Below the pieces are notes generated by a model that was given only the letters and a program-made list of their open reading frames with translations, did no database searches and was not told where the DNA came from. The position numbers and the translations under genes were made by a program. Positions 37,252 through 49,689 of a stretch of 64,000 bases of DNA are shown piece after piece. The stretch's first letter is position 1; each line of letters begins with the position of its first letter. The DNA comes from Akkermansiaceae bacterium (lineage in GTDB: Bacteria > Verrucomicrobiota > Verrucomicrobiia > Verrucomicrobiales > Akkermansiaceae), in NCBI GenBank assembly GCA_024233115.1, contig JACKQB010000004.1, positions 196,923 through 260,922 on the forward strand, read 5' to 3'.

Positions 37252-38004
37252 TTACCCCCGCTGGGGGCCAAGATAGGCCTGAAGATTTTTGCGTGCGTAG
37301 TGGAGTCGGCTCATCACGGTTCCGACCGAATTTTCGGTGATTTCCGCGATTTCCTTGTAGTCGAGCCCTTGCACCTCACGCAGCAGGATGACCTCGCGGT
37401 GCTCCTCGGATAGTTTGGCGATGGCCGCTGCAATCTGTTGCTGCAGCTCGCTCTGCTCGAGCGCTTCGTCCGGGCGAATGTTGTGGGGTGGTGCCGTCGC
37501 CGCCCCGGCGTCGATCCTGTTGGCGTCAAACACCTCGTCATTGAGCTCCCCGTCACCCTCGATCCTCCGTTTCCGGAGCCAGTCATAGACGACGTTGTGG
37601 CTGATACGAAACAGCCAGGTGGAAAAACGGGCACGCGCCTCGAAGCCGGGCAGGGCTTTCCACGCCTTGATAAAGGCCTCCTGGGAGAGGTCCCATGCGT
37701 CGGCGTCGTTTTTGACCATATTGAAGATCATGGCATAGATTTTTCCACGGTGTTTGGTGACCAGCCGGTCAAACGCACGGGTATCGCCTAGCTGGGCTTT
37801 TTTTACCCACTCGGCATCCTCGTTCGACGTTGATTCCGGTGCCACATCACTGTCACTGACGGGGCCTCCACCGGGGACTGGGTCCGGCGGCACGGGTCCT
37901 TTTAATGGGTTGGACGCAATGTGTCTGAAAATATTCATGGAAATGACAAAGATCGTCAGCTTGGCGATACCGCAAACCATGACGGGGAATCCGGGTCTTG
38001 GCAA
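37252..38004 (-). CDS. RNA polymerase ECF-type sigma-70 factor
   Basis: It has region 2 ('FDRLVTKHRGKIYAMIFNMV', 'DLSQEAFIKAWK', 'FSTWLFRISHN') and region 4 ('REVQGLDYKEIAEITENSVGTVMSRLHYARKNL'). The true start may be the internal Met near 37938. Confidence 0.85.
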   Translation of the reverse strand: MPRPGFPVMVCGIAKLTIFVISMNIFRHIASNPLKGPVPPDPVPGGGPVSDSDVAPESTSNEDAEWVKKAQLGDTRAFDRLVTKHRGKIYAMIFNMVKNDADAWDLSQEAFIKAWKALPGFEARARFSTWLFRISHNVVYDWLRKRRIEGDGELNDEVFDANRIDAGAATAPPHNIRPDEALEQSELQQQIAAAIAKLSEEHREVILLREVQGLDYKEIAEITENSVGTVMSRLHYARKNLQAYLGPQRG

Positions 38005-38139
38005 GACGGTGTTTTTCCATCCTTCCCGTGCTTCTCCGACCCTATTTACACCCGATTATGCCCGGTTCTGAAAAAATGACATCATTGCACACTTTTCCTT
38101 TCGCATTTCCTCACGTCGGGTCTAGGATTTCCACCAGCG

Positions 38140-38703
38140 ATGCAATGTGACTACTGCGACAGTAAGGCGACCGTCTTTTTCACCCAGATTATCGACGGCA
38201 ACAGCAACAAAACATGCCTGTGTGAGGCCTGTGCCGCCAAACACGGTGTCACCGATCCGGAAGGTTTTTTGCTGGGTAACATGGATGCCTCCCACGACGA
38301 CGCCAAGCCCGCCCCCAAGGCTCCCAAGTTTAACGTCCCGATGGGCAATGAAACCATTGAACTTCCCTTGACCTCCGCCCATCCCACCAACAAGGCGGTC
38401 TGCCCCGGGTGCGGGTTCGCCTTTGACGACCTGAAAAAGACTGGCCGGCTCGGCTGCAGCCAGTGTTACCAGTTTTTCCGTGATGCCATCAAAAACAACC
38501 TCGTCGGTATGCACAAGGGGACCTGCCACACAGGCCGGGTGCCCGAGGGCATGCTCGAGGCCTTCGAAAAACGCCAACGGCTCGAGCAACTCCAGCTTGA
38601 GATGAACGAGGCGATTGACGCCGAAGACTACGAAACAGCCGCCGCGCTACGCGATGAAATCCAAAACCTATCCAAAGAGACATCCCTGGCTCCCGAAGCC
38701 TGA
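38140..38703 (+). CDS. mcsA: McsA-like protein arginine kinase activator (zinc-finger + UVR motif protein)
   Basis: It has Cys pairs ('CDYCDS...CLCEAC', 'CPGCG...CSQCY') and a C-terminal UVR-like 'AIDAEDYETAAALRDEI'. It lies immediately upstream of mcsB. Confidence 0.75.
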   Translation: MQCDYCDSKATVFFTQIIDGNSNKTCLCEACAAKHGVTDPEGFLLGNMDASHDDAKPAPKAPKFNVPMGNETIELPLTSAHPTNKAVCPGCGFAFDDLKKTGRLGCSQCYQFFRDAIKNNLVGMHKGTCHTGRVPEGMLEAFEKRQRLEQLQLEMNEAIDAEDYETAAALRDEIQNLSKETSLAPEA

Positions 38704-38723
38704 ACCCCGGTGCCCGTATTGAA

Positions 38724-39866
38724 ATGATGCGATTCTCAACACTCCTGAAACATCCCGCCGACTGGATGACCGGCACGGACGCCGACAGCGCGATCGTACT
38801 CACCAGCCGTATCCGCTTGGCGCGTAATATCACCGGCGCCCCCTTCCCCGGCTGGGCGCGCAAGGAGGAGCGTATCGAGATCCTACCCATGCTGCGCGAA
38901 AAGATCGAGGCTCTCCCGGAGATGAAAGATGCCTTTTCCCACCAGCTCAGCGAGCTTTCATCCGTGCAGAAACAGGTGCTGGTCGAGCGCCACCTGATCA
39001 GCCGGGAGCAGGCCGCCCGCAGTGACGGCAGTGCCGCGGTGGTCAACCGTAACCAGACACTGAGTGTCATGATCAACGAGGAAGACCATCTCCGCCTGCA
39101 GTCCATCCACTCCGGACTGCACCTTCGCGAAGCCTACGAGCTTATTTCCCAGGTGGACACGCAGCTTGAAAAAACCCTGCCGTATGCCTTCGACCACGAA
39201 CTTGGATACCTAACAGCCTGCCCCACCAATGTCGGGACCGGACTACGGGCATCCGCCATGCTTCATCTTCCCGGCCTTGTCATCAGCGACCATATCGGCC
39301 AGGTGATCCAGGCCGTCGGCAAGCTCGGCCTGGCCGTGCGCGGCATCTTTGGTGAGGGCACCGAGTCCCTCGGCCACCTGTTCCAGATTTCCAACCAGTC
39401 GACCCTGGGAGAATCGGAGGATGACATCATCAGCAGGCTGGAACGGGTCATCCAAAGGGTTCGCGACCAGGAACGCAATGCGCGCACCAAGCTTGTCGAG
39501 GATGACCCGCAGATGATCGCGGACAAGATCTCGCGCGCCTACGGTCTGTTGAAATTCGCCTACGTCATCGATTCCAAGGAAGCGCTGACGCACTTGTCAT
39601 TGATCCGGCTGGGCAGCGACATGGGTTGTTTTCCAAAAGATGTCATCCAGCTATGTGACACGTTGCTCATGGACATCGAGCCCGCCCACCTGCAGAATCT
39701 GGCCAATCGAAAACTTTCGCCGGAGGAAAGGGATGCCATTCGTGCGGAAATTATCCGTAGCAGGTTGCAAAACCTTCCAACACCTGTTATTGGTTTCATC
39801 GATAGCCATTCTGATTTCATCAACACACAGCCCGACACGCCACCCAGTTCACCCCCATCCGCATAA
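38724..39866 (+). CDS. mcsB: Protein arginine kinase (ATP:guanido phosphotransferase family)
   Basis: 'NEEDHLRLQ', 'GYLTACPTNVGTGLRASAMLHLPGL' and 'GLAVRGIFGEGTE' are hallmarks of the phosphagen-kinase fold. Confidence 0.85.
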   Translation: MMRFSTLLKHPADWMTGTDADSAIVLTSRIRLARNITGAPFPGWARKEERIEILPMLREKIEALPEMKDAFSHQLSELSSVQKQVLVERHLISREQAARSDGSAAVVNRNQTLSVMINEEDHLRLQSIHSGLHLREAYELISQVDTQLEKTLPYAFDHELGYLTACPTNVGTGLRASAMLHLPGLVISDHIGQVIQAVGKLGLAVRGIFGEGTESLGHLFQISNQSTLGESEDDIISRLERVIQRVRDQERNARTKLVEDDPQMIADKISRAYGLLKFAYVIDSKEALTHLSLIRLGSDMGCFPKDVIQLCDTLLMDIEPAHLQNLANRKLSPEERDAIRAEIIRSRLQNLPTPVIGFIDSHSDFINTQPDTPPSSPPSA

Positions 39867-39884
39867 TTTGCCGTTTCACATCCT

Positions 39885-42404
<2,520 letters not shown>

Positions 42405-42461
42405 CCAGGCCGGACGCATTGCGAACTTGAACAGCCCCTCTCAACAACTACCCTGCGAATC

Positions 42462-43034
42462 ATGGCATTGCAATTGACAGATGATCTGGTCTCCGTCGAG
42501 GACTACCTCGCAGGAGAGCTGGTCTCCGAGGTGAAGCATGAATACCTCGGAGGCATCGTGCATGCCATGGCAGGAGCAAAGATGGGGCATAACAGGGCCG
42601 TGACAAATGCCACGGCCTCTCTCCACGGCTCTCTCAAAGGCAAACCCTGCCAACCCTACAACAGCGACACCAAGGTCAGAATCCAGTTGCCAAACCAAAT
42701 CCGCTTTTACTATCCCGACCTCCAGGTCATTTGTGAACCTGTCGACGAGGAAGCTTCGTTTACGGACTCACCTGTCGTTGTCGTTGAAGTATTCAGCCAA
42801 TCGACACGGCGCATTGACGCCGGGGAAAAACGTGATGCCTACCTCACGATTCCCTCACTCAAAGTGCTGATCCTGGTCGACCCCACAAAGGTGAGCGTCA
42901 ACGTCGACCGACGACACCCGAACGGCGGCTTCATGCAGGAAAATTATCGTAACCTCGCCGACACCGTCGACCTTCCGGAAATAGAGGCGCAGCTTCCGCT
43001 TGCCGACATCTATCAGGGCCTGTCCGCTGACTAG
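42462..43034 (+). CDS. Uma2 family endonuclease (DUF820)
   Basis: 'KHEYLGGIVHAMAGA', 'YYPDLQVIC' and 'VVVVEVFSQSTRRIDAGEKRDAY' match the PD-(D/E)xK Uma2 pattern. Confidence 0.75.
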   Translation: MALQLTDDLVSVEDYLAGELVSEVKHEYLGGIVHAMAGAKMGHNRAVTNATASLHGSLKGKPCQPYNSDTKVRIQLPNQIRFYYPDLQVICEPVDEEASFTDSPVVVVEVFSQSTRRIDAGEKRDAYLTIPSLKVLILVDPTKVSVNVDRRHPNGGFMQENYRNLADTVDLPEIEAQLPLADIYQGLSAD

Positions 43035-43259
43035 GATGGAACTGCGCAACGGGTTTCCCTGTCCGAGGCACCCGCCCGATATGGTGCCATGGCCACGAAG
43101 ACCAGGAATCCGCGCACCGTTGACCACATCCGCTTTCCGACTTGTGCCCTATCACCATTTGTGCGCATTGTAGCCTGAACCCTGGCGTCTGAATGATGCA
43201 CCAGGGTGCACCCTTGCATACCCTCGAAGTCATATTACAACCGCACAACAACCACCGTT

Positions 43260-43712
43260 ATGGATATTAAAGAAGAAACCGCAAAGATCAGTGGCAATCC
43301 GCTGATTCGTTATGCCATCCTGTTTATCGGACTCTGCATCCTGTTCCTCAGTGAAGGTATACTCACCTGGAAAAGGACCGCCGAGCGCGATGCCGCAGGC
43401 AACGTCGACGCAATCCAGTTCAAAATTGGCAAACTCGAAAAGGATATCGCCGATAAAGACAGCTCGTCAGACGACAAAAAAGCCTGGCGTGAAGAAGTCA
43501 AGGACCTCAAGGAAAACGACCTTGATGAGGCTCGCATGGAGGCCGCCTCGGAAAGCGTGGATGCTAAAAATGGCATCTGGCTCTGGAGTATGGCCCGCCT
43601 GAAAGGACTCGCCATTGTCTCCATCGGCCTGCTGATCATCGCCGCCACGGGTGGAACCCACGAAAAAATAGGTGCCCTCGTCGCTCTCGGCCTCGTCGTG
43701 GCCCGACTATAG
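43260..43712 (+). CDS. Hypothetical membrane protein
   Basis: It has two TM segments flanking a charged coiled region. I chose the ATG at 43260. A canonical terminator follows. Confidence 0.5.
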   Translation: MDIKEETAKISGNPLIRYAILFIGLCILFLSEGILTWKRTAERDAAGNVDAIQFKIGKLEKDIADKDSSSDDKKAWREEVKDLKENDLDEARMEAASESVDAKNGIWLWSMARLKGLAIVSIGLLIIAATGGTHEKIGALVALGLVVARL

Positions 43713-43738
43713 ATCCGAGCCTCCATCAATCCATTCAA

Positions 43739-43769
43739 GCGGACAGCAGCCATGTTGTCCGCTTTTTTT
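43739..43769 (+). terminator. Rho-independent terminator
   Basis: The stem GCGGACA/TGTCCGC is followed by 'ttttttt'. Confidence 0.6.
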
Positions 43770-43797
43770 ATTACACTTTTTTATTACACCCGCCCCA

Positions 43798-44952
43798 TCA
43801 GATCCGGTTCCTATCCCGGAATGCGGTCGGTGTGGTTCCCGCTTCACGTTTGAAGAATACGACAAATGCCCGGCGGTCTTTGAAACCAACCAGGGGAGCC
43901 AGTTGCGACATGGGTAAGTCGGTTGTTAGAAGTAACTCGCGCGCCCAGTCGAGTCGCACCTGACGGATCTCCTGGGCAGGCGAGTGTCCAGTCAGGGCAA
44001 TAAAACGTTTTTCAAACGTGCTGCGGGAAACATTCATCTCGTTGACCAGCATATCCACGGTAATACCCTCGCGGGCCCGCGCACGGATGATGCTTCTGGC
44101 GCGGAGAATCTCCAGATCGCCCTCAGACTGTCCAAGGGTGGAGCCCCGCACCCGGACACCGCGCACCGGGACTTTTTCATGCTCCGTCAGCAAGGCTTCA
44201 CCGTTCATCAGCTTCTCGAGTTTCTGAATACCACGCGCACCGGTTTCGATGTCACGCAGTACAATACTCGACAAGGGCGGATCACAAAGTTTGGCTTCAA
44301 ATGAATCAAAACATGCCAGCACCCCCACTTCATCCGGTATCGAGTAGCCTTCGCGAACCAGGTAATCGACCACTAACCGGCCCCGGCGGTCGTGGCGGGT
44401 ATAGATGCCGAGTGGTTTGTTCATCGTGTTAAGGGCCCTGACAAACTCGGGACAGATTTCATTCAACTCACCGACATTGGTGCAGTCGATGCCATCACGG
44501 ATCGATACACTCATAAATTCTATCCCGCGGGCAGCGCAGAGGGGACGAATGAGGGGATCGAGTAACAGCTTTTGGTCAATCCCCTCGGTTTCCAGGTTGA
44601 GGATATTCCTGTACCCAAGCGCATCAAAGTGTTCGACCACGGTTTGCGCCAATGACCGGTAGTCGGTGCCGACGGATGCATGGATTCCATCCTCCGTTCC
44701 CACGAGGTTGACCACGGGGATTTCCACATCGCGCAGCCATAATTCCGCATTTTCATCGTAACAGGCGATGATGCCGTCAGGCTTCCACTCCTCGGTAAAC
44801 AGATCGTCATAACCGGCCTCGTAGAGTAAAAAACTACGGAAAGCACAGCGGTCCCTCACCCCGGGAACAGACAGTAGGCCGTCTATCAACCGGAACGGCC
44901 GCTCGTAGTTGTTCTCCAACAAGATGGCTACATTTTTACGTCCTTCGCTCAC
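43798..44952 (-). CDS. XylR-like transcriptional regulator (PBP-like sensor + AraC HTH)
   Basis: It has the same architecture as 26415-27560. The C-terminal HTH region reads 'ITVDMLVNEMNVSRSTFEKRF' and 'QLAPLVGFKDRRAFVVFFKR'. Confidence 0.8.
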   Translation of the reverse strand: MSEGRKNVAILLENNYERPFRLIDGLLSVPGVRDRCAFRSFLLYEAGYDDLFTEEWKPDGIIACYDENAELWLRDVEIPVVNLVGTEDGIHASVGTDYRSLAQTVVEHFDALGYRNILNLETEGIDQKLLLDPLIRPLCAARGIEFMSVSIRDGIDCTNVGELNEICPEFVRALNTMNKPLGIYTRHDRRGRLVVDYLVREGYSIPDEVGVLACFDSFEAKLCDPPLSSIVLRDIETGARGIQKLEKLMNGEALLTEHEKVPVRGVRVRGSTLGQSEGDLEILRARSIIRARAREGITVDMLVNEMNVSRSTFEKRFIALTGHSPAQEIRQVRLDWARELLLTTDLPMSQLAPLVGFKDRRAFVVFFKREAGTTPTAFRDRNRI

Positions 44953-45109
44953 GACACTGTCAATATCCTAGTTTACCGGACGATGCAACCACCAGAAAAC
45001 AATATCACTTGATTGCCTCACCACAGTACACCCGAAAGCCGGGGGGCATGGAACAACATCCCCCTCCACACCTCCAGGTCCCGCGCCTGCGATCGACCAG
45101 CCCTGGCAA

Positions 45110-45247
45110 CTACTGCTGGGCCTTGTCATTAATCGCTTCGCCGGCACTCTGCATGTCGCGGCCAAATCCAGCCATGGTGTTGCATGAACTCAGTGCCATG
45201 GCGGCAAGTCCGAGGAGGGCGAGGATGATTTTTACGGAGTTTTTCAT
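45110..45247 (-). CDS. Entericidin A/B family small lipoprotein
   Basis: The 45-aa product 'MKNSVKIILALLGLAAMALSSCNTMAGFGRDMQSAGEAINDKAQ' has a lipobox LSSC and the entericidin 'NT..G.G.D....G' pattern. Confidence 0.6.
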   Translation of the reverse strand: MKNSVKIILALLGLAAMALSSCNTMAGFGRDMQSAGEAINDKAQQ

Positions 45248-45388
45248 GGTTTCAAATGAGGTTCTTCTATTGAGGTTTGGTTGTAACGCTATCAAGCCGT
45301 TGATAGTGGCGGTATATTAAAACCTCTCCCGGAGGTTGCCAATCATTTTTCATGCACAACTTGACGCAGGGTCCTGTGCCGTTCAGAA

Positions 45389-45769
45389 ATGGGCATGATC
45401 AAATTCCTCCACACCCGTATCAGGGTCTCCCATCCCGAAGCCAGCATCGCTTTCTACCAGAAACTCGGTTTTGAGCTCGGCGAACAAAAAACATCGCCCC
45501 AGGGAAACCAACTGGCATTTCTCCACCTTCCCGGAAACGAGCACTTTCTCGAGCTGACCTACTCACCGGATTTTCAGGTCACGTTTCCAGAGGACCTGAT
45601 GCACACCGCTGTCGGGGTCCCCGACATCATCGACTACTGCGATCAGCTTGAGCAGGACGGCATCGAAATCTGGCCGGGTGATTGGAGGGAAAAATTCTCC
45701 TCGGGCGACCGGAAAATGGCCTTCGTCACCGATCCCGATGGCTACGAGGTTGAGATTCTTGAGTGTTAG
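45389..45769 (+). CDS. VOC family protein / lactoylglutathione lyase-like (glyoxalase I)
   Basis: 'HTRIRV', 'FYQKLGF', 'LELTY' and 'AFVTDPDGYEVEI' match the glyoxalase fold pattern. Confidence 0.8.
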   Translation: MGMIKFLHTRIRVSHPEASIAFYQKLGFELGEQKTSPQGNQLAFLHLPGNEHFLELTYSPDFQVTFPEDLMHTAVGVPDIIDYCDQLEQDGIEIWPGDWREKFSSGDRKMAFVTDPDGYEVEILEC

Positions 45770-45798
45770 ACCTGCTAACACCTGTCGCGGGTAATGCA

Positions 45799-47838
45799 CT
45801 AACCCACCTCCACCTCACCATCATGGATAAGCTCGAGGAGGTGGGGGGATTTTTCCAAAAGCGGGTCATCCGCCAGCACCTTATCGGCCAGCGCGCGTGC
45901 TTCGCGGATGAGTTCTGTGTCGGCCAGAAAATCAATAAAGCGCAGGTCGGCCAAGCCGCTTTGGGCAGTACCGAGCACATCCCCCGGACCACGCAGACGG
46001 AGATCGGCTTCAGCGATTTTAAATCCGTCCGAGGTGTCTACCAGGACTTGCAGCTTTTCCATCGCGTCAGCTGACTTGCCATCGGTTGTCAGGATACAAT
46101 AGCTTTTGTGTTCACCTCGACCGATGCGGCCCCTGAGTTGGTGCAGCTGGGCCAGGCCAAATCGTTCCGCATTGTGGATGACCATGATATTGGCATTGGG
46201 CACGTCCACCCCCACCTCGATGACAGTGGTGGCCACCAGCACATCCAGCTCGCCATCCCTGAATGCGGTCATCACGGCATCTTTTTCCTCAGGCGCAACT
46301 TTTCCGTGTAGGAGTCCCACCTTGAACCGGGATAATCGCTTCACCCACTTTTCATATTCCACCGTGGCCGCCTCGGCCTTGAGTTCATCGCTTTCCTCGA
46401 CCAGTGGATACACGAGATAGGCCTGGCGTCCTGCGGCGAGCTGTTCCTGGATGAATTTGGTGATGTCGCTTACCTTGGGTTTCTTTCTAACCGCGGTGAT
46501 GATCCCGCCCCTGCCCGCCGGTCGTTCATCGAGTATGGACACATCCAGATCACCATAGATGGTCAGTGTCAGTGTGCGCGGGATCGGCGTCGCCGTCATC
46601 ACCAGGACATCCGGCATCACACCCTGGCCTATCAGCATGGCCCTTTGGCCGACCCCGAACTTATGTTGTTCATCAATCACCACGAGACCCAGGTCATTGA
46701 ACTTCACACCCTCGTAAAGCAAGGCGTGGGTACCGATGATAATTTGTGTCTCACCGTCCAGCTCCAGATGGTTGTCTTCCTGGCGCGATCCTGTCCTCAA
46801 GGCTATTCTAACACCAAGCGGCTCAAGCCATTTTTTAAAGGTCAGGTAATGCTGTTCCGCAAGGATCTGGGTAGGTGCCATCAGCGCTGTCTGCACACCG
46901 GAATCCACCGCCAGCAGCATCGCACACATGGCGACAAAGGTTTTTCCCGAACCGACGTCACCTTGCAGCAAGCGACCCATGGGCCGGGGCAGGCGCATAT
47001 CAGCGACCACCTCCTTGACACTGCGTTTTTGCGCCCCTGTTAGATCAAAGGGAAGACTGTGATAGAACTCGGTAAGAAGCTTGGTTTTTCTGCCTAGCAC
47101 CCTGCCTTGCAGCTCGTGATACCGGGCCCGTTTCCAGACGACACTCAGCTGCAGGGAAAAGAATTCCTCAAGGGCGAAGTATCGACGTGCCGCCTCGGCC
47201 TGCTCCAGGCTTTCAGGAAAATGGACTTCTCGCATCGCCTCGTGACGCGGGTAGGTGGGGTCGACATCATAGACCGCCGCCAGGCTCGCCGCATCCACCA
47301 TATCCAGCAACTTGTAGGCATACTCACGCTGGCGGCGTTGGGCGATACCACTGACACCTTTGTAAATGGGCACAATCCGCTCAAGATGGATCGACGCTTC
47401 GTCGTCATCCCCCACGATTTCAAAATCCGGATGGTCGATGATGATCCGTCCCTGATACTCTTTGGGTTTACCAAAAAGAACCACCTCATGGCCGGCGGCG
47501 AGCATGTTTTTCATCCATGGCATGTTGAACCAGCGGCAGGTTATCTTGTTAGACGCGAAGACACCCTCACCCGATTCGATCACAACCGCCTCGTAGAACT
47601 GTTTTCTCCCCCCGAAACGTTTTACCTGGGTATCAATGACCGTGCCCTTCAGGCAGCGTGAACCGCCGCCGGCTTGCACCGGAAAGGCATCAAACCTTCT
47701 CCGGTCCTCGTAACGCCTGGGCAGGCGATCGAGCAGGTCGCTGACCGTTGCCACCCCCGCCGAGCCATAGGCGAGCACGTCCTTGGCGGAGATCATTTCC
47801 ACCGACGACAGGGCATCACTGGCCTTGAATCGACTCAT
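45799..47838 (-). CDS. recG: ATP-dependent DNA helicase RecG
   Basis: It has a wedge domain and SF2 helicase motifs ('GDVGSGKT', 'DEQHKFG', 'MTATPIPRT', 'QLRGRIGRG'). Confidence 0.9.
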   Translation of the reverse strand: MSRFKASDALSSVEMISAKDVLAYGSAGVATVSDLLDRLPRRYEDRRRFDAFPVQAGGGSRCLKGTVIDTQVKRFGGRKQFYEAVVIESGEGVFASNKITCRWFNMPWMKNMLAAGHEVVLFGKPKEYQGRIIIDHPDFEIVGDDDEASIHLERIVPIYKGVSGIAQRRQREYAYKLLDMVDAASLAAVYDVDPTYPRHEAMREVHFPESLEQAEAARRYFALEEFFSLQLSVVWKRARYHELQGRVLGRKTKLLTEFYHSLPFDLTGAQKRSVKEVVADMRLPRPMGRLLQGDVGSGKTFVAMCAMLLAVDSGVQTALMAPTQILAEQHYLTFKKWLEPLGVRIALRTGSRQEDNHLELDGETQIIIGTHALLYEGVKFNDLGLVVIDEQHKFGVGQRAMLIGQGVMPDVLVMTATPIPRTLTLTIYGDLDVSILDERPAGRGGIITAVRKKPKVSDITKFIQEQLAAGRQAYLVYPLVEESDELKAEAATVEYEKWVKRLSRFKVGLLHGKVAPEEKDAVMTAFRDGELDVLVATTVIEVGVDVPNANIMVIHNAERFGLAQLHQLRGRIGRGEHKSYCILTTDGKSADAMEKLQVLVDTSDGFKIAEADLRLRGPGDVLGTAQSGLADLRFIDFLADTELIREARALADKVLADDPLLEKSPHLLELIHDGEVEVG

Positions 47839-47855
47839 CGTTTGTTGTCCGGTAT

Positions 47856-49577
47856 CTAGGTATCCGTTTGGTCTTTCTGGTGAGGCCGCACATCCTGGAT
47901 GACAATCTGCAGACTGGTCCTTCCCCGGAAAACGTTCCGGTTAATGGTAAAGACGATATCCCACGGCTCTTCCGGGTCGGGGAGCTCGCGCTGGCCGGCA
48001 CCGAAAAACATGGCGTCGTGCCAGCACTCGCCCTGTTTCATGGAAATCTTCAAGTGATGGTTTTTCATCTCCCGCGGTGGCTCGGTCAGATAAACCTCCC
48101 GGCTCATAAACAGAGGCTCGGGGTTACAGGAGCCAAAGGGCTGAAGCAGCTCGTAGCTTTTCAAGAACTCCAGGGATAACTCGGGGAAGGTAATTTCGGC
48201 ATCGATGTAGAGCCTCGGCAAACGGTCGTCCGCGCTCACGTTTTCCTCGACGTATCTTGCAAAGCCCTTGCGGAAGGCTTCGATGTTATTCTCGTCGACG
48301 CTGATCCCGGCGGCCATGGCATGGCCGCCGCCGGCAACCAGCAGATCGCGGTTGGCGTTGATTGCTTCCATCAGGGATACGCCGCCGATACTACGCCCGC
48401 TTCCCTTGCCCAGTCCCTGGTCATCGATGGCGATGATAAACGCCGGTTTGTGAAAGCGCCGCATCATCCTGGAAGCGACGATGCCCACCACCCCCGGGTG
48501 CCAGTCACGCGAGCCTAACGCAATCACGGGATCAGACGGATCGCACTCGGTTTTCAAACGATGGAGGGCATCCTTGTGGATACGCATTTCCTCTGCTTGC
48601 CGGTCCTTGTTATGGGCGTCCAGCAAATCTGCCAGACGTTCGGCTTCGCTAACATCATCCGTGGTCAAGGCTGCCAATGCGTCTTCAGGGCGATCCATTC
48701 TACCCGCAGCGTTGATCCTGGGGCCAATCCTAAAACCGACATCCGCACTGGTTATCTTCCCCTTCACCTGGGCGACCTGCATCAGTGCCTTGAGACCTGG
48801 GTTGCGGGTGTTTGCCATACGCTTCAGGCCATGCCTGACAAGGAGCCTGTTTTCCTCGACCAGCGGCACAATGTCCGAGACGGTGGCGAGGGCCACAAGG
48901 TCGAGATAATCCTTGAGGTCGAAACTCTCAAGCGGTCGTTGTTTGAGCAAGGCATGGGCCAGCTTGAACACCACCCCGGCGGCACAGAGATATTGAAATT
49001 CCTGGTCGGCCTCATCCACGCACTTGGGGTTGACCACGGCTATGCAGTCGGGTTTTCCCATCGGGGGCAGCTCGTGGTGATCCACGACAATCACATCCAC
49101 GCCCTGGGCCTTTAATGCCGCGATTTCATCCAGTGAAGCTGTGCCACAATCCACGGTGATCAATAAATCCGGCTTTACCCCTTCCGCCATGCATCTCGCC
49201 AGCGCCGCATCGTTCAGGCCGTAGCCTTCCGGCCCCCTACGGGGAATAAAGCTCCTAACAGACACGCCATAGGTTCCGAGGATGGCGGTCATCAGGGTCA
49301 CCGAGGTAATGCCGTCCACATCGTAGTCTCCATAGACACATACCTGCTCACCCAGGTCCACTGCCGAGAGGATACGCGCCACGGCCGCATCCATGTCGGG
49401 CAGGAGAAACGGGTCCTGAAGGTGCATCAACCGCGGATGGAGAAAGCGGTCCATGTGCGCGACATCCACCCCTCTCTGGAGCAGCATACGCACAAGGATC
49501 CCCGGCAAGGCGCTATCCACATCCGGCGGAACCTCCGGGATCTCTGCAACGATCCATTGTGATTGCTTCTGACTCAT
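47856..49577 (-). CDS. recJ: Single-stranded-DNA-specific exonuclease RecJ
   Basis: It has the DHH motifs ('VYGDYDVDGITS', 'ITVDCG', 'VVDHH') and the DHHA1 motif 'GGGHAMAAG'. Confidence 0.9.
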   Translation of the reverse strand: MSQKQSQWIVAEIPEVPPDVDSALPGILVRMLLQRGVDVAHMDRFLHPRLMHLQDPFLLPDMDAAVARILSAVDLGEQVCVYGDYDVDGITSVTLMTAILGTYGVSVRSFIPRRGPEGYGLNDAALARCMAEGVKPDLLITVDCGTASLDEIAALKAQGVDVIVVDHHELPPMGKPDCIAVVNPKCVDEADQEFQYLCAAGVVFKLAHALLKQRPLESFDLKDYLDLVALATVSDIVPLVEENRLLVRHGLKRMANTRNPGLKALMQVAQVKGKITSADVGFRIGPRINAAGRMDRPEDALAALTTDDVSEAERLADLLDAHNKDRQAEEMRIHKDALHRLKTECDPSDPVIALGSRDWHPGVVGIVASRMMRRFHKPAFIIAIDDQGLGKGSGRSIGGVSLMEAINANRDLLVAGGGHAMAAGISVDENNIEAFRKGFARYVEENVSADDRLPRLYIDAEITFPELSLEFLKSYELLQPFGSCNPEPLFMSREVYLTEPPREMKNHHLKISMKQGECWHDAMFFGAGQRELPDPEEPWDIVFTINRNVFRGRTSLQIVIQDVRPHQKDQTDT

Positions 49578-49689
49578 GCATGGTACGCTATGGATCTATG
49601 CAGCCCTTCACAAGGAAAGAAGATGAATTCGCCTGATAAGTTCAAAAATCCGCCACCGGGGGGGCAAACCCTGACCCTGACCCTGTGCG

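Noticed and set aside
38005-38139. I looked for a CtsR operator (tandem GGTCAAA heptads) upstream of mcsA, and for an ECF-type -35/-10 (GAAC...CGTC) upstream of the sigma gene on the other strand.
   Set aside because: No convincing match to either consensus was found by eye, so no regulatory feature is reported here.
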